IMG/VR virus record: IMGVR_UViG_3300035214_000246
Location: 1-31,027 of that record
Strand: one strand, 5' to 3'
Source: a virus
Taxonomy: Duplodnaviria; Caudoviricetes
DNA: 31,027 nt
Part shown: positions 18,104-27,113 of the stretch, piece after piece
Layout of the letters: each line of letters opens with the position of its first letter
How positions within the stretch are numbered: position 1 is the first letter of the stretch
Program-made: the position numbers and the translations under genes
Notes under the pieces: model-generated
What the model was told of the DNA's origin: nothing
What the model saw: only the letters and a program-made list of their open reading frames with translations
Databases searched by the model: none

Positions 18104-18469
18104 ATGACATATTACGTAAATCAAAATTGTATTAAATGTAAATTGACAGATTGCGTTGAAGTATGTCCAGTCGACTGTTTTTACGAAGGCGAAAATATGC
18201 TCGCGATTAATCCTGATGAGTGCATAGATTGTGGAGTTTGTGAACCTGAATGTCCAATTGATGCAATTAAACCAGATAGTTTTGAAGAACCAGATAAGGA
18301 AAAATGGATAGAAACTAATAAAAAAGTTTCTTCAGGTGAAGATCGTTGGCCAGTTATAACAAAAATAAAAGAACCTATGTTAGACTCTGACACATATAGA
18401 CCAGAGAATTATGGAAAAGATAAGTCTGAATTCTTTTCAGATAAGCCTGGAACCGGAGATAAGAAGTAA
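18104..18469 (+). CDS. fdxA: FdxA-type dicluster ferredoxin
   Basis: [18 protein letters not shown] and [12 protein letters not shown]. Confidence 0.92.
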   Translation: MTYYVNQNCIKCKLTDCVEVCPVDCFYEGENMLAINPDECIDCGVCEPECPIDAIKPDSFEEPDKEKWIETNKKVSSGEDRWPVITKIKEPMLDSDTYRPENYGKDKSEFFSDKPGTGDKK

Positions 18470-19530
18470 TGGGAAAAAAATTTAGTGAAAAATGGCGTGA
18501 AGAAAAAGAAGCTAAAAAGAAAAAGAGATTAGAAAAAGCAGGTAACACATCTGATCCAGAAGTAGGTAAAGGTTTAGATAAAGTAATAAAAAAGAAAACT
18601 AATATTGATCTAAATACTTTTAAAGATAAGCATTTATTCATTGCCACACCAGCCTATGGCGGTTTAGTTGGCGAAGCATATTTAAAAGCTATGGTAAGAA
18701 TTGGTATATTGTTTAAACAATATAATTTAAATTTTACACTTTGTACAATAGCAAATGAATCGTTAATTACTAGAGGTAGAAATACCTTGACTGCTATGTT
18801 TATGAGTGATCCTAAATTTACAGCTATGATGTTTATTGATGCAGATATTCATTTTGAAGCTGAATCAGTTCTTAAATTATGGGCACATTTAAATAATCCA
18901 AATAATGATGTAGATGTGGCAGTAGGTTCGTATCCAAAAAAATCAATTAATTGGAAACAAATTCACGACGCTGTTAAGAATAAAGGTGCTGATGTTGAAG
19001 AAATGCAAAAGTATCAAAGTTCTTATGTATTAAACATTCGTGCAGATGATAAAGGAAGGATACCATTAAAGGACGGATTGATTCCTGTTTATGATGGTGG
19101 CACTGGCTTTATGATATTTAAAAGAGAAGTAATTCAAGAAATGTTTGATAAATGGCCAGACTTACATTATAAAAATGATTTAAATACAAATCCAAAATAT
19201 GATCCTTATATGTATGCTTTGTTTGATACAATGATTGATCCTAAAACTAGACGTTATCTATCAGAAGATTATACTTTCTGTAGACGTTATCAAGAGCTTG
19301 GTAGAACAATTTGGATGGATCCTTCAATTAATTTAGATCACCAAGGAAATTATTTGTTTAAAGGTAATATTTCTAATCAGTTTACATATACCGGTGAAGC
19401 AACTATGGAAGAAATGAAAACTATTAATGAACAGATGGAAAAAAATACAAGGCCAACACCTAATGAGGGGATAGTTAATACAGAAAAACAACAAGAACAA
19501 AATAAAAATAAAGATGACAAAAACAACTAA
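18469..19530 (+). CDS. GT-A fold glycosyltransferase-like phage protein
   Basis: LFIATPAYGG, NESLITRGRN, FIDAD (DxD), GTGFM, YLSEDYTFC. Confidence 0.75.
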   Translation: MGKKFSEKWREEKEAKKKKRLEKAGNTSDPEVGKGLDKVIKKKTNIDLNTFKDKHLFIATPAYGGLVGEAYLKAMVRIGILFKQYNLNFTLCTIANESLITRGRNTLTAMFMSDPKFTAMMFIDADIHFEAESVLKLWAHLNNPNNDVDVAVGSYPKKSINWKQIHDAVKNKGADVEEMQKYQSSYVLNIRADDKGRIPLKDGLIPVYDGGTGFMIFKREVIQEMFDKWPDLHYKNDLNTNPKYDPYMYALFDTMIDPKTRRYLSEDYTFCRRYQELGRTIWMDPSINLDHQGNYLFKGNISNQFTYTGEATMEEMKTINEQMEKNTRPTPNEGIVNTEKQQEQNKNKDDKNN

Positions 19531-19882
19531 TTGGCATACAGCTGACAGTTTATATATTATTAATAAGAAAAAAATAAAGCATATTCCAAAAAAGGTTGCT
19601 AGTATTAATTGGGTAGGAATAGATTGTGTATATAAAATTAAAATTAATAATAATGTTGTACACGTGGGTCGATCAGATACTTGTAGAAAGCACGGCGGGG
19701 CTGAGAAAACACGTAAAGCATTAGTTCAATTAATGGGTTGGGAAACAACAAATCCAGGAATTTTTACTACAAAGCTTTGGGAAAATATTAAAAAAACGCA
19801 TAAACCTAAAATTGGCAATATTAAAATTGGAATTATAGCGACAAGTGACATTGAAAAAGTGTATAATAAAGAAGTAATATGA
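19514..19882 (+). CDS. hypothetical protein, possibly GIY-YIG-like
   Basis: CVYKI...VHVGRS resembles the GIY-YIG spacing; weak. Confidence 0.45.
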   Translation: MTKTTNWHTADSLYIINKKKIKHIPKKVASINWVGIDCVYKIKINNNVVHVGRSDTCRKHGGAEKTRKALVQLMGWETTNPGIFTTKLWENIKKTHKPKIGNIKIGIIATSDIEKVYNKEVI

Positions 19883-20286
19883 TATTTAAAAGTAAAAAAG
19901 ATCACTTATTACATCAAGTTTTTAAAAGCTTAAATAACTTTGTAGACAAGAAGATGTTTAAACAATATAAAAACGACAATCTAAAATCATTAGAATACCT
20001 AGCTCACAAGACCGGCCAATTAAAATTAGAATATAAAGAATTATGGGTCTGTTGGAAATGGTATAACTATGATCGTCCTAAAAGAATAGCTAAAAATGAT
20101 TTAGCTCATAGTATGATGTACTATGAACAAGATACAAAGATGTTAGCAAGGGCGGTTGCACTAAGAAAATTTTCTGAAAAACTTTTTAAAGGAGGAGATT
20201 ATGAACCAATCATCGGGACTTTTCAAGCGACACGAAAATCTATCACACAAGGTGAAAATGTTGGAAAAGGAGAGACAGTTCAATAG
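19879..20286 (+). CDS. hypothetical protein
   Basis: 135-aa ORF with ATGA coupling. Confidence 0.6.
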   Translation: MIFKSKKDHLLHQVFKSLNNFVDKKMFKQYKNDNLKSLEYLAHKTGQLKLEYKELWVCWKWYNYDRPKRIAKNDLAHSMMYYEQDTKMLARAVALRKFSEKLFKGGDYEPIIGTFQATRKSITQGENVGKGETVQ

Positions 20287-20368
20287 AAGCTTTCAACATA
20301 AAGCTGAGTTACTACGACTTAAAAAAGAAAAATTGTATATTAAGGAGCAAATAGAAAAATTAAAGTAA
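20201..20368 (+). CDS. small coiled-coil protein, DUF465/YdcH-like (55 aa, not in the ORF track)
   Basis: AAGGAGG at 20189-20195; MNQSSGLFKRHENLSHKVKMLEKERQFNRSFQHKAELLRLKKEKLYIKEQIEKLK; stop 1 nt before the next ATG. Confidence 0.72.
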   Translation: MNQSSGLFKRHENLSHKVKMLEKERQFNRSFQHKAELLRLKKEKLYIKEQIEKLK

Positions 20369-20369
20369 A

Positions 20370-20600
20370 ATGAAATTAGATTTACACGGACAGTCAGTAC
20401 ACGATGCTTGGACTACTTTTAAAGATTGGATTTATGAGCAACAAGGAGACAATGATATTAAATCAGTAAATGTTGTTACAGGAAAAGGACAAATTTTTCT
20501 AGAATTTCCAGAGTGGTGTACTGATATGTCTTTTATTAGGGAAATTAGTGTGCATAAGTCAGGTGGTGCATATCAAATTTATTTTTATAGAAAGAGATGA
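20370..20600 (+). CDS. stand-alone Smr-domain protein
   Basis: LDLHG, VVTGKG, SGGA motifs. Confidence 0.88.
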   Translation: MKLDLHGQSVHDAWTTFKDWIYEQQGDNDIKSVNVVTGKGQIFLEFPEWCTDMSFIREISVHKSGGAYQIYFYRKR

Positions 20601-20609
20601 GAATAGAAC

Positions 20610-20638
20610 TTGACAAATCCAATAATCCATTATATATT
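20610..20638 (+). promoter_or_regulatory. sigma70-type promoter of queD
   Basis: TTGACA-17 nt-TATATT. Confidence 0.65.
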
Positions 20639-20650
20639 AGTAAGTAATAT

Positions 20651-20690
20651 GAGGACTTAACGTCAACCCTCTTTAAACATTCTGCCGTTA
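20651..20690 (+). promoter_or_regulatory. candidate H-type pseudoknot riboswitch (preQ1-I-like) in the queD 5' UTR
   Basis: GAGG(20651-54)/CCTC(20668-71); loop TAACG(20658-62)/CGTTA(20686-90); AGGAG at 20694. Confidence 0.5.
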
Positions 20691-20704
20691 TATAGGAGAA
20701 AAAA

Positions 20705-21250
20705 ATGACTAGTGATATTAGTTTTGAAGAAGCAGTAGATAAAATAATTGACGAAGATGCTGATTATGAAAATGTAACAGAAGAATGTTTTACGTCGACA
20801 AAAAGTTTTTATAACTTTCCTTGTGCTCATAGACAATATAGGCACGAAGGCAATTGTCATTTAATTCACGGATACAGTAGAAGTTTTCATTTTGTATTTG
20901 GTATTAAAACATTTACAAAAGAAGGTTTTGCAGTAGATTATGGTGACTTAAAAGAATTAAAAGCACATTTAGATCATATGTATGATCATACTTTAGTTTT
21001 AGATGAAGATGATCCACATATAGATACTTTTAGAAAACTAGAAAATGCAGGTGTATGTAGAATTAGGACTCATCCAATGGGGCCTGGTATGGAAGGTACA
21101 GCTCATTATTTGTGTGAATGGACAGACAAATGGTTGCGTAAAAAAACACGGGGACGTGCTTGGGTTATTAGTGTAGAAGCAAGAGAAAATGATAAAAATA
21201 GTTCAATATATACAAATCCAGATGCTGGGTTTAAAGGCTGGACTGGATAA
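20705..21250 (+). CDS. queD: 6-carboxytetrahydropterin synthase / PTPS family
   Basis: CAHRQ..CHLIHGY, VDYGDLK, YDHT, EAREND motifs. Confidence 0.85.
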   Translation: MTSDISFEEAVDKIIDEDADYENVTEECFTSTKSFYNFPCAHRQYRHEGNCHLIHGYSRSFHFVFGIKTFTKEGFAVDYGDLKELKAHLDHMYDHTLVLDEDDPHIDTFRKLENAGVCRIRTHPMGPGMEGTAHYLCEWTDKWLRKKTRGRAWVISVEARENDKNSSIYTNPDAGFKGWTG

Positions 21251-21292
21251 AGTGCCACTTAACCTTGATCTTAAAACTCAATAAATAATAAT

Positions 21293-22954
21293 ATGTTATT
21301 AACGATACTAACATTATTATCGGCATTATCGATTAGTGCGGTTGCAATTTTCTATTCTATAGCGGGGTTAGCCGCTATTTTTGCCGGCGCGGCCATACCT
21401 ATTATGGTAATGGGTTCTGTACTTGAAGTTGGTAAATTAGTAACTGCTTCGTGGTTGTATCAGAATTGGAAACTCGCCCCTAGATTTTTAAAGTTTTATC
21501 TAACAATAGCTGTTTTAGTTTTAATGTTTATAACATCAATGGGTATCTTTGGATTTTTATCTAAAGCACACGTTGAACAAACAGCACCATCAACTCTTAT
21601 TGTACAAAAAATAGAACAAATAGATGAACGAATAACTCGTGAAAATTTTAAAGTAGAAAGATTTACTAATGATATTGATAGGTTAAACACAGGAACAAAT
21701 GTTAGAGTAGATACATTAATAGATACAGAACAAGATAAATTAGAATCAATTTATGCTCGTATAGATAAAGAAATTGCAGATATTACAGCAATTGCTAATA
21801 CAAATATATCTACACAAAAAGAAAGAATTGAACAGGCTAAAGCAAGAGCCGATAGAGATATTGCACAATTAAATGAAGCTAGAAAGAAAACGTGGGGCAA
21901 GAAAAGAATAGATGATGAAATTAGGAAAATTCGTGATAATGAATTAGCTGTGGCATCAAAAGCTCAAGCAGAAATACTTAAAATACAAAATAAGTTAAAT
22001 GACGATATAAGAGAAATTAAAGATAATTATCAACCTAGTATTGATGCTCTTACAAGTTCTGTATCAGGTTTAACTAGCCAAGCAAATGAAACTACTGCTG
22101 AAATTAGTATTAAAGCAGAAGAGCTTGAAGGTAAACTTCAAATAGCATATACAAATATTAATGAGTTAAATGAAGAAAAGTTTATTTTACAATCACAAAT
22201 TAAACAAATTGAAATAGAAGTTGGTCCAATCAAATATATTGCAGAGTTTGTGTATGGTCAAGAAGCTGATGCAGATATGCTTGAAAGAGCTGTTAGATGG
22301 GTTATTATTATTATTATATTTGTATTTGATCCACTTGCAGTATTATTATTAATTGCGGCAAATTACTCATTAAGACAAAGGTTTGGAAAAGGTTTTGGTG
22401 ATATTGCTGAGGATAAACTGGGAGGTTCAAAATTAGATGACTATTGGAAAGATAGATATCAATCTATGAAAGATGATCTTGGTAGGTTTAATGAACAGAA
22501 AAGCAATGAAGATGTTGCAGTAGATATGCCAGAAGTAACATATAATTTAGGTGAAGTAAATGCAGATACAAGTAATGAAATGCCAGTTGAAGATTATATG
22601 GATGAAATTGCATATGATATAAATGATACAGGTGATTTAGAAATTTCAGCTGAAGATGATGAAGTAGAAATAAAACAAAAGCATTATGAAAAACTAGTAC
22701 GCACTTCAAAGAATTATAGTAATCAACTAGAAGAGTTTAAAAGAAGAGAACAAGAAGAAAAAGAAGTATTAGAGGAAGTTTCTCGTAAAGCTATACAAGA
22801 AGATAATGAATCAGTTGGTAAAAAAGAAGAAGAAGAACCAGTTAGCATTAAAGAAGATGAAGTAACGCCAACAATTATTGAAGATGTTAAGATTACAGAT
22901 TTATCCGATGAAGATGTTAAAAAAAAGACTTACAAATCAGAGAAAGAAGAATAA
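21293..22954 (+). CDS. membrane-anchored coiled-coil phage protein with acidic tail; probable -1 frameshift extension to 23133
   Basis: N-terminal TM helices, long coiled coil, TM VIIIIIFVFDPLAVLLLIAA; AATAAATA 5 nt upstream. Confidence 0.75.
   Translation: MLLTILTLLSALSISAVAIFYSIAGLAAIFAGAAIPIMVMGSVLEVGKLVTASWLYQNWKLAPRFLKFYLTIAVLVLMFITSMGIFGFLSKAHVEQTAPSTLIVQKIEQIDERITRENFKVERFTNDIDRLNTGTNVRVDTLIDTEQDKLESIYARIDKEIADITAIANTNISTQKERIEQAKARADRDIAQLNEARKKTWGKKRIDDEIRKIRDNELAVASKAQAEILKIQNKLNDDIREIKDNYQPSIDALTSSVSGLTSQANETTAEISIKAEELEGKLQIAYTNINELNEEKFILQSQIKQIEIEVGPIKYIAEFVYGQEADADMLERAVRWVIIIIIFVFDPLAVLLLIAANYSLRQRFGKGFGDIAEDKLGGSKLDDYWKDRYQSMKDDLGRFNEQKSNEDVAVDMPEVTYNLGEVNADTSNEMPVEDYMDEIAYDINDTGDLEISAEDDEVEIKQKHYEKLVRTSKNYSNQLEEFKRREQEEKEVLEEVSRKAIQEDNESVGKKEEEEPVSIKEDEVTPTIIEDVKITDLSDEDVKKKTYKSEKEE
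22921..22927 (+). other. slippery heptamer A AAA AAG (candidate -1 frameshift site)
   Basis: in the correct phase for ORF 21293; -1 frame stays open to TGA 23131-23133. Confidence 0.55.
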
Positions 22955-23129
22955 AAAAAATTGACATTAATGATGAAGTTAATATACAATTAAGAGAAAT
23001 AAAAAAGACTATTGATATGGAAGGTATTCACAAAAGAACACAATCAACTCTTAAAGTAGGAGCAAAAGCTGAAACAACCGATTTTGCAACCGATAAGCGA
23101 TGGATGGTTGATTGGGAAAATAAAAACAA

Positions 23130-24392
23130 ATGAGCAACAAAGAACTTAAAATGAAATGTTCGTTTTGCGAAAAGACTAGAGCTGAATCTCATAAATTAAT
23201 AGCAGGACCTAAAGGAACATTTATTTGTGATGAATGTGTAAAGCTTTGCCACGATATTTTAAAAGAAGGAACGGCTGAAAATGAGTCAAAAGAATTTGCA
23301 ATCCCTGATCCAAAGAAGTTACACAGTTTTTTAAATAAACATATTATTGGTCAAGATAGAGCAAAGAAAATTGTGAGTGTAGCAGTTTATAATCATTATA
23401 AAAGAATTGTTAATAATTTAATAAAAGAAGATGGGCAAGATGAAATTGAAAAATCAAATGTATTAATTCTTGGGCCATCTGGTGTTGGAAAAACACTTAT
23501 AGCAAAAAAAGTTGCTGAATATGTAAATGTGCCATTTGCTATTGCTGATGCAACTACAATTACTGAATCTGGGTATGTTGGTGATGATGTTGAAAACATT
23601 GTAACTAGATTATTACAACAAGCAGAATTTAATGTTGGAAAAGCTGAACGTGGAATTATATACATTGATGAAATAGATAAGAAAGCTAAAAAAGGTGAAA
23701 ATGTTTCTATAACAAGAGATGTATCTGGAGAAGGTGTTCAACAAGCTTTATTAAAAATTATTGAAGGTACAACTATTAGAGTTCCCCCACAAGGCGGTAG
23801 AAAACATCCTGGTGCAGAAATGATTGAAGTTAATACAGTAAATATATTGTTTATTGTTGGAGGAGCATTTGTTGGAATAGATAAAGTTATTAATAAAAGA
23901 GCTAACAAGTCGTCGGGAATTGGATTTAATCAATCAGTTACTTTAGTTGATACTGAATTTGACGAATGCGAACCAGATGATTTAATTAAGTACGGATTAA
24001 TACCTGAGCTTGTTGGTCGTTTACCAGTAATAGTAGGATGTCATAGTTTAAGTAAAGAAGATTTAAAAGCAATTATGTTAGATGTAAAGAATTCATTAGT
24101 TAAACAATCTCAACGTTTGTTTAAAATGGAAAAGGTAGATCTAATATTAACTGATGACGCAGTTGACTATGTAGTAGATGAAGCATATAAAAAGAAACTT
24201 GGTGCTCGTGGATTAAGAGCTGTATTAGAGAGTGGGTTATTAGAAATACAGTATGAGTTACCAGAGTATAGCGATAGTGGAGTAAAAGAAATAACAGTAA
24301 GTAAAAAAACATTAAAAGGAGAAAAACCAATGCTCACTTATGAAATGAGTGTTGAAAAAAATAAAGATAACGGTACAGATGCAAAAGTATGA
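23130..24392 (+). CDS. clpX: ATP-dependent Clp protease ATP-binding subunit ClpX
   Basis: zinc finger CSFC..CDEC, Walker [13 protein letters not shown] pore loop, [19 protein letters not shown] loop, IGF loop, GARGLR. Confidence 0.97.
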   Translation: MSNKELKMKCSFCEKTRAESHKLIAGPKGTFICDECVKLCHDILKEGTAENESKEFAIPDPKKLHSFLNKHIIGQDRAKKIVSVAVYNHYKRIVNNLIKEDGQDEIEKSNVLILGPSGVGKTLIAKKVAEYVNVPFAIADATTITESGYVGDDVENIVTRLLQQAEFNVGKAERGIIYIDEIDKKAKKGENVSITRDVSGEGVQQALLKIIEGTTIRVPPQGGRKHPGAEMIEVNTVNILFIVGGAFVGIDKVINKRANKSSGIGFNQSVTLVDTEFDECEPDDLIKYGLIPELVGRLPVIVGCHSLSKEDLKAIMLDVKNSLVKQSQRLFKMEKVDLILTDDAVDYVVDEAYKKKLGARGLRAVLESGLLEIQYELPEYSDSGVKEITVSKKTLKGEKPMLTYEMSVEKNKDNGTDAKV

Positions 24393-24955
24393 AGCAAAGA
24401 TTTAGTATTAACATTAACAAAAATCAATTCAGAAAACAACAAGCATTAATTAATCATAATATTAGATCTAAAGAAGTTAGGTTAATATTAGAATCATCAC
24501 AAGATATTATTAGTACGCAAGAAGCAATAAGTTTAGCTAAACAACAAGAGTCAGATTTAGTATGTGTTAGTACAAAGTCAAATCCACCTATTTGTAAAAT
24601 TATGGATTATGGAAAATATTTGTATGAGCAAAAAAAGAAGCAAAAGTTGGCAGATAAAAAGCAAAGAGAAGCAATTGTTGATTTAAAAGAAATACAGTTT
24701 AGACCAGCAACAGGTATAGGTGATATAAAAGTAAAAACTAAGAAAATACAAGAAATTTTAGATGGTGGAGATAAAGTAAAATTAATAATGAAATTACGTG
24801 GTAGAGAGAATGCTATGAAAGATTTTTGTATGGAAAAGTTTAAAGAATTCCTTACATTTGTGGAAAATTATGACTTTGATTATAGACCTAGCATTCAAGG
24901 TAATAAAATACTTGCAATTTTAAGAAAGAGTGTTATAATAAAGAACAATGACTGA
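24389..24955 (+). CDS. infC: translation initiation factor IF-3
   Basis: [43 protein letters not shown]. Confidence 0.93.
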   Translation: MKQRFSININKNQFRKQQALINHNIRSKEVRLILESSQDIISTQEAISLAKQQESDLVCVSTKSNPPICKIMDYGKYLYEQKKKQKLADKKQREAIVDLKEIQFRPATGIGDIKVKTKKIQEILDGGDKVKLIMKLRGRENAMKDFCMEKFKEFLTFVENYDFDYRPSIQGNKILAILRKSVIIKNND

Positions 24956-25304
24956 GAAACCTAGAAAAAAGTACGACATTAAACAGTACAGTAATTTTGG
25001 AAAGTTTGATTCAAAGCCTTTTAAAAGAAAAAGACGTGAACCAGATCCACCAGGGTTAGCTGTTGCAGTTGATGGTGAAGACGTAATGAAGGCTTATCGA
25101 AGGCTTAAAAAGAAGATTCTTAAAGATGGACTTATGGATGAAATAAAAGAGAGAAAATATTATAAGAAGCCAAGTGAAAAAAAACAAATAAAATTAAAAG
25201 AACAAAGAAGAAATATGATGAAAGCCCAAAGAGAACGTGCTATGGAATATGGTATAAGATTTAAAAATTATGATCCTAACACAGCAAGAACTCGTGGCTA
25301 TTAA
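24948..25304 (+). CDS. rpsU: ribosomal protein bS21 with N- and C-terminal extensions
   Basis: VAVDGEDVMKAYRRLKKK...G...EIKERKYYKKPSEKK. Confidence 0.88.
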   Translation: MTEKPRKKYDIKQYSNFGKFDSKPFKRKRREPDPPGLAVAVDGEDVMKAYRRLKKKILKDGLMDEIKERKYYKKPSEKKQIKLKEQRRNMMKAQRERAMEYGIRFKNYDPNTARTRGY

Positions 25305-25612
25305 TGTATTTCCAAGATATTAAATTTCAAAAACATCCAACGTTACCAAATGGTGTACAAGCTCTTTTGGATTTTGGAAAGATTCAATTAAGTATTGTTC
25401 GTACCAAATATTCATATGGTGGTGAAAAAGGTTTGTACGAAGCTGGTTTATTAAATGATGAAGGTATGATGCATCTTAAAGGAATTTGGCATCATAAAGA
25501 TACAGTACAAGGATGGTTAACTGAATCTGATGTAGAAGAATTGGTAGATAAAGTTTGTGAAAAAACAAAACAAACACCTAAAATAGTTAAAATAAGATCA
25601 GCATTTAAATAG
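25304..25612 (+). CDS. hypothetical phage protein
   Basis: 102 aa, SYGG..GLYE..L...V.GWLT pattern; TAATG coupling. Confidence 0.7.
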   Translation: MYFQDIKFQKHPTLPNGVQALLDFGKIQLSIVRTKYSYGGEKGLYEAGLLNDEGMMHLKGIWHHKDTVQGWLTESDVEELVDKVCEKTKQTPKIVKIRSAFK

Positions 25613-25662
25613 GAAAATAAAATGGAACCTACTATCGATATTTGTTTAAATACAAACACTAC

Positions 25663-25738
25663 GGGCGATTAGCTCAGTTGGTAGAGCACCTCGTTTACAC
25701 CGAGGGGGTCATAGGTTCGAGCCCTGTATTGCCCACCA
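25663..25738 (+). tRNA. tRNA-Val(TAC)
   Basis: cloverleaf, anticodon arm cctcg-tttacac-cgagg, encoded CCA. Confidence 0.96.
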
Positions 25739-25739
25739 C

Positions 25740-25816
25740 GGGGGTGTAGCTCAGTTGGTTAGAGCGTCCGCCTGTCACGCGGAAGGCCGAGGGTTCGAGT
25801 CCCTTCATCCCCGCCA
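25740..25816 (+). tRNA. tRNA-Asp(GTC)
   Basis: cloverleaf, anticodon arm tccgc-ctgtcac-gcgga, encoded CCA. Confidence 0.96.
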
Positions 25817-25833
25817 TATAGTTAAATAACATT

Positions 25834-27039
25834 ATGCTTACAATAAGAGAACAATTTCCGATATTTAAAAAACTATTGCCAAATGGTAAGAAGTTAGTAT
25901 ATCTTGATAGTGCTAACTCTAGTCAAAAACCTCAAAGGGTAATTGATAGATTATCAAAATTTTATTCTGAAGAATACAGTAGTGTTGGAAGAAGCATACA
26001 TCAATTAAGTACAATAGCTCTGATGTGTTTAGAAAAAAGTAGAGTAGCAGTAGCAAAGTTTTTAAATGCTCAATCTCAAGATGAAATTGTTTTTACTAAG
26101 AGTGCCACTGAAGCAATTAATACAATAGCAGAAAGTTTTGGAAGGACTCAACGTGATCATTATGAAATAATTTGTTCTGAGTTAGAACATAACTCAAATT
26201 ATCTTCCTTGGCATTTACAAAGAGCTCATAAAAATGCTACAATTAAGTTTATTCCTCTTAAAGATGACTATACATTAGATATGGAACAGTTACCTAAATT
26301 AATTACTGAAAAAACTAAAATAATTACAATTACACATTTATCAAATGTTACTGGAGAAGTAGTTGATATTAAAAAGGTTTGTGAAATTGCACATAGCAAA
26401 GGTATACCAGTTTTTGTCGATGGAACTCAAGGTGCACCACATATGAAAGTTGATGTACAAGATTTAGATTGTGATTTTTATTGTATTAGTGGTCATAAAA
26501 TGTATGGCCCATCAGGTGTAGGTGCCTTATATGCCAAAGAAAAATGGATAGAAGAATTATCACCTTATCAAGGAGGTGGTGGTACAGTTCTTGATGTAAC
26601 GAAAAATGTAATACAATATGCGGATGGCCCAAAAAAATGGGAAGCAGGTACACATCCAGTTGCAGAAATTGTAGGACTTAAAGAATCAATAGATTTTTAT
26701 TCTGATACTGGATTTGATAATATGTTAAATCACGAAAAACAATTAATGGAATACTTATATGAGAAGTTAGCACTTGATAATGATGTTAAAATATTATGTG
26801 GAAATAAACCTAAGGCTGTATTGTCATTTAATACAAAAGGAATACATCACGAAGATATGGCAATATTTCTAGATGCATATGGTATAGCTACAAGGCCAGG
26901 CCAGCATTGTGCTATGTTATTTCATAAAAGGTTTGGTTTAACTGGTTCAGTTAGAGTATCTTTAGGTGTATATAATACTAAAGATGAAATGGATTTTTTC
27001 TTAGAAGCATTAAGTGAAATTAAGAAAAGACTGTCCTAA
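25834..27039 (+). CDS. sufS: cysteine desulfurase, SufS type
   Basis: YLDSANSSQKP, SGHKMYGP (PLP lysine), RPGQHCA (catalytic Cys). Confidence 0.93.
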   Translation: MLTIREQFPIFKKLLPNGKKLVYLDSANSSQKPQRVIDRLSKFYSEEYSSVGRSIHQLSTIALMCLEKSRVAVAKFLNAQSQDEIVFTKSATEAINTIAESFGRTQRDHYEIICSELEHNSNYLPWHLQRAHKNATIKFIPLKDDYTLDMEQLPKLITEKTKIITITHLSNVTGEVVDIKKVCEIAHSKGIPVFVDGTQGAPHMKVDVQDLDCDFYCISGHKMYGPSGVGALYAKEKWIEELSPYQGGGGTVLDVTKNVIQYADGPKKWEAGTHPVAEIVGLKESIDFYSDTGFDNMLNHEKQLMEYLYEKLALDNDVKILCGNKPKAVLSFNTKGIHHEDMAIFLDAYGIATRPGQHCAMLFHKRFGLTGSVRVSLGVYNTKDEMDFFLEALSEIKKRLS

Positions 27040-27045
27040 TTACCA

Positions 27046-27074
27046 TTGACTAATACATAAGTATTTTATATAAT
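27046..27074 (+). promoter_or_regulatory. sigma70-type promoter of rplL-sufB
   Basis: TTGACT-17 nt-TATAAT. Confidence 0.7.
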
Positions 27075-27113
27075 AATATTGGCTATAAATTAAATATAAT
27101 AATAAGGAAAATT

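Noticed and set aside
25622-25672. 16-codon ORF MEPTIDICLNTNTTGD with AGGA upstream
   Set aside because: Very short, runs into tRNA-Val, no supporting motif; could be a gene remnant.
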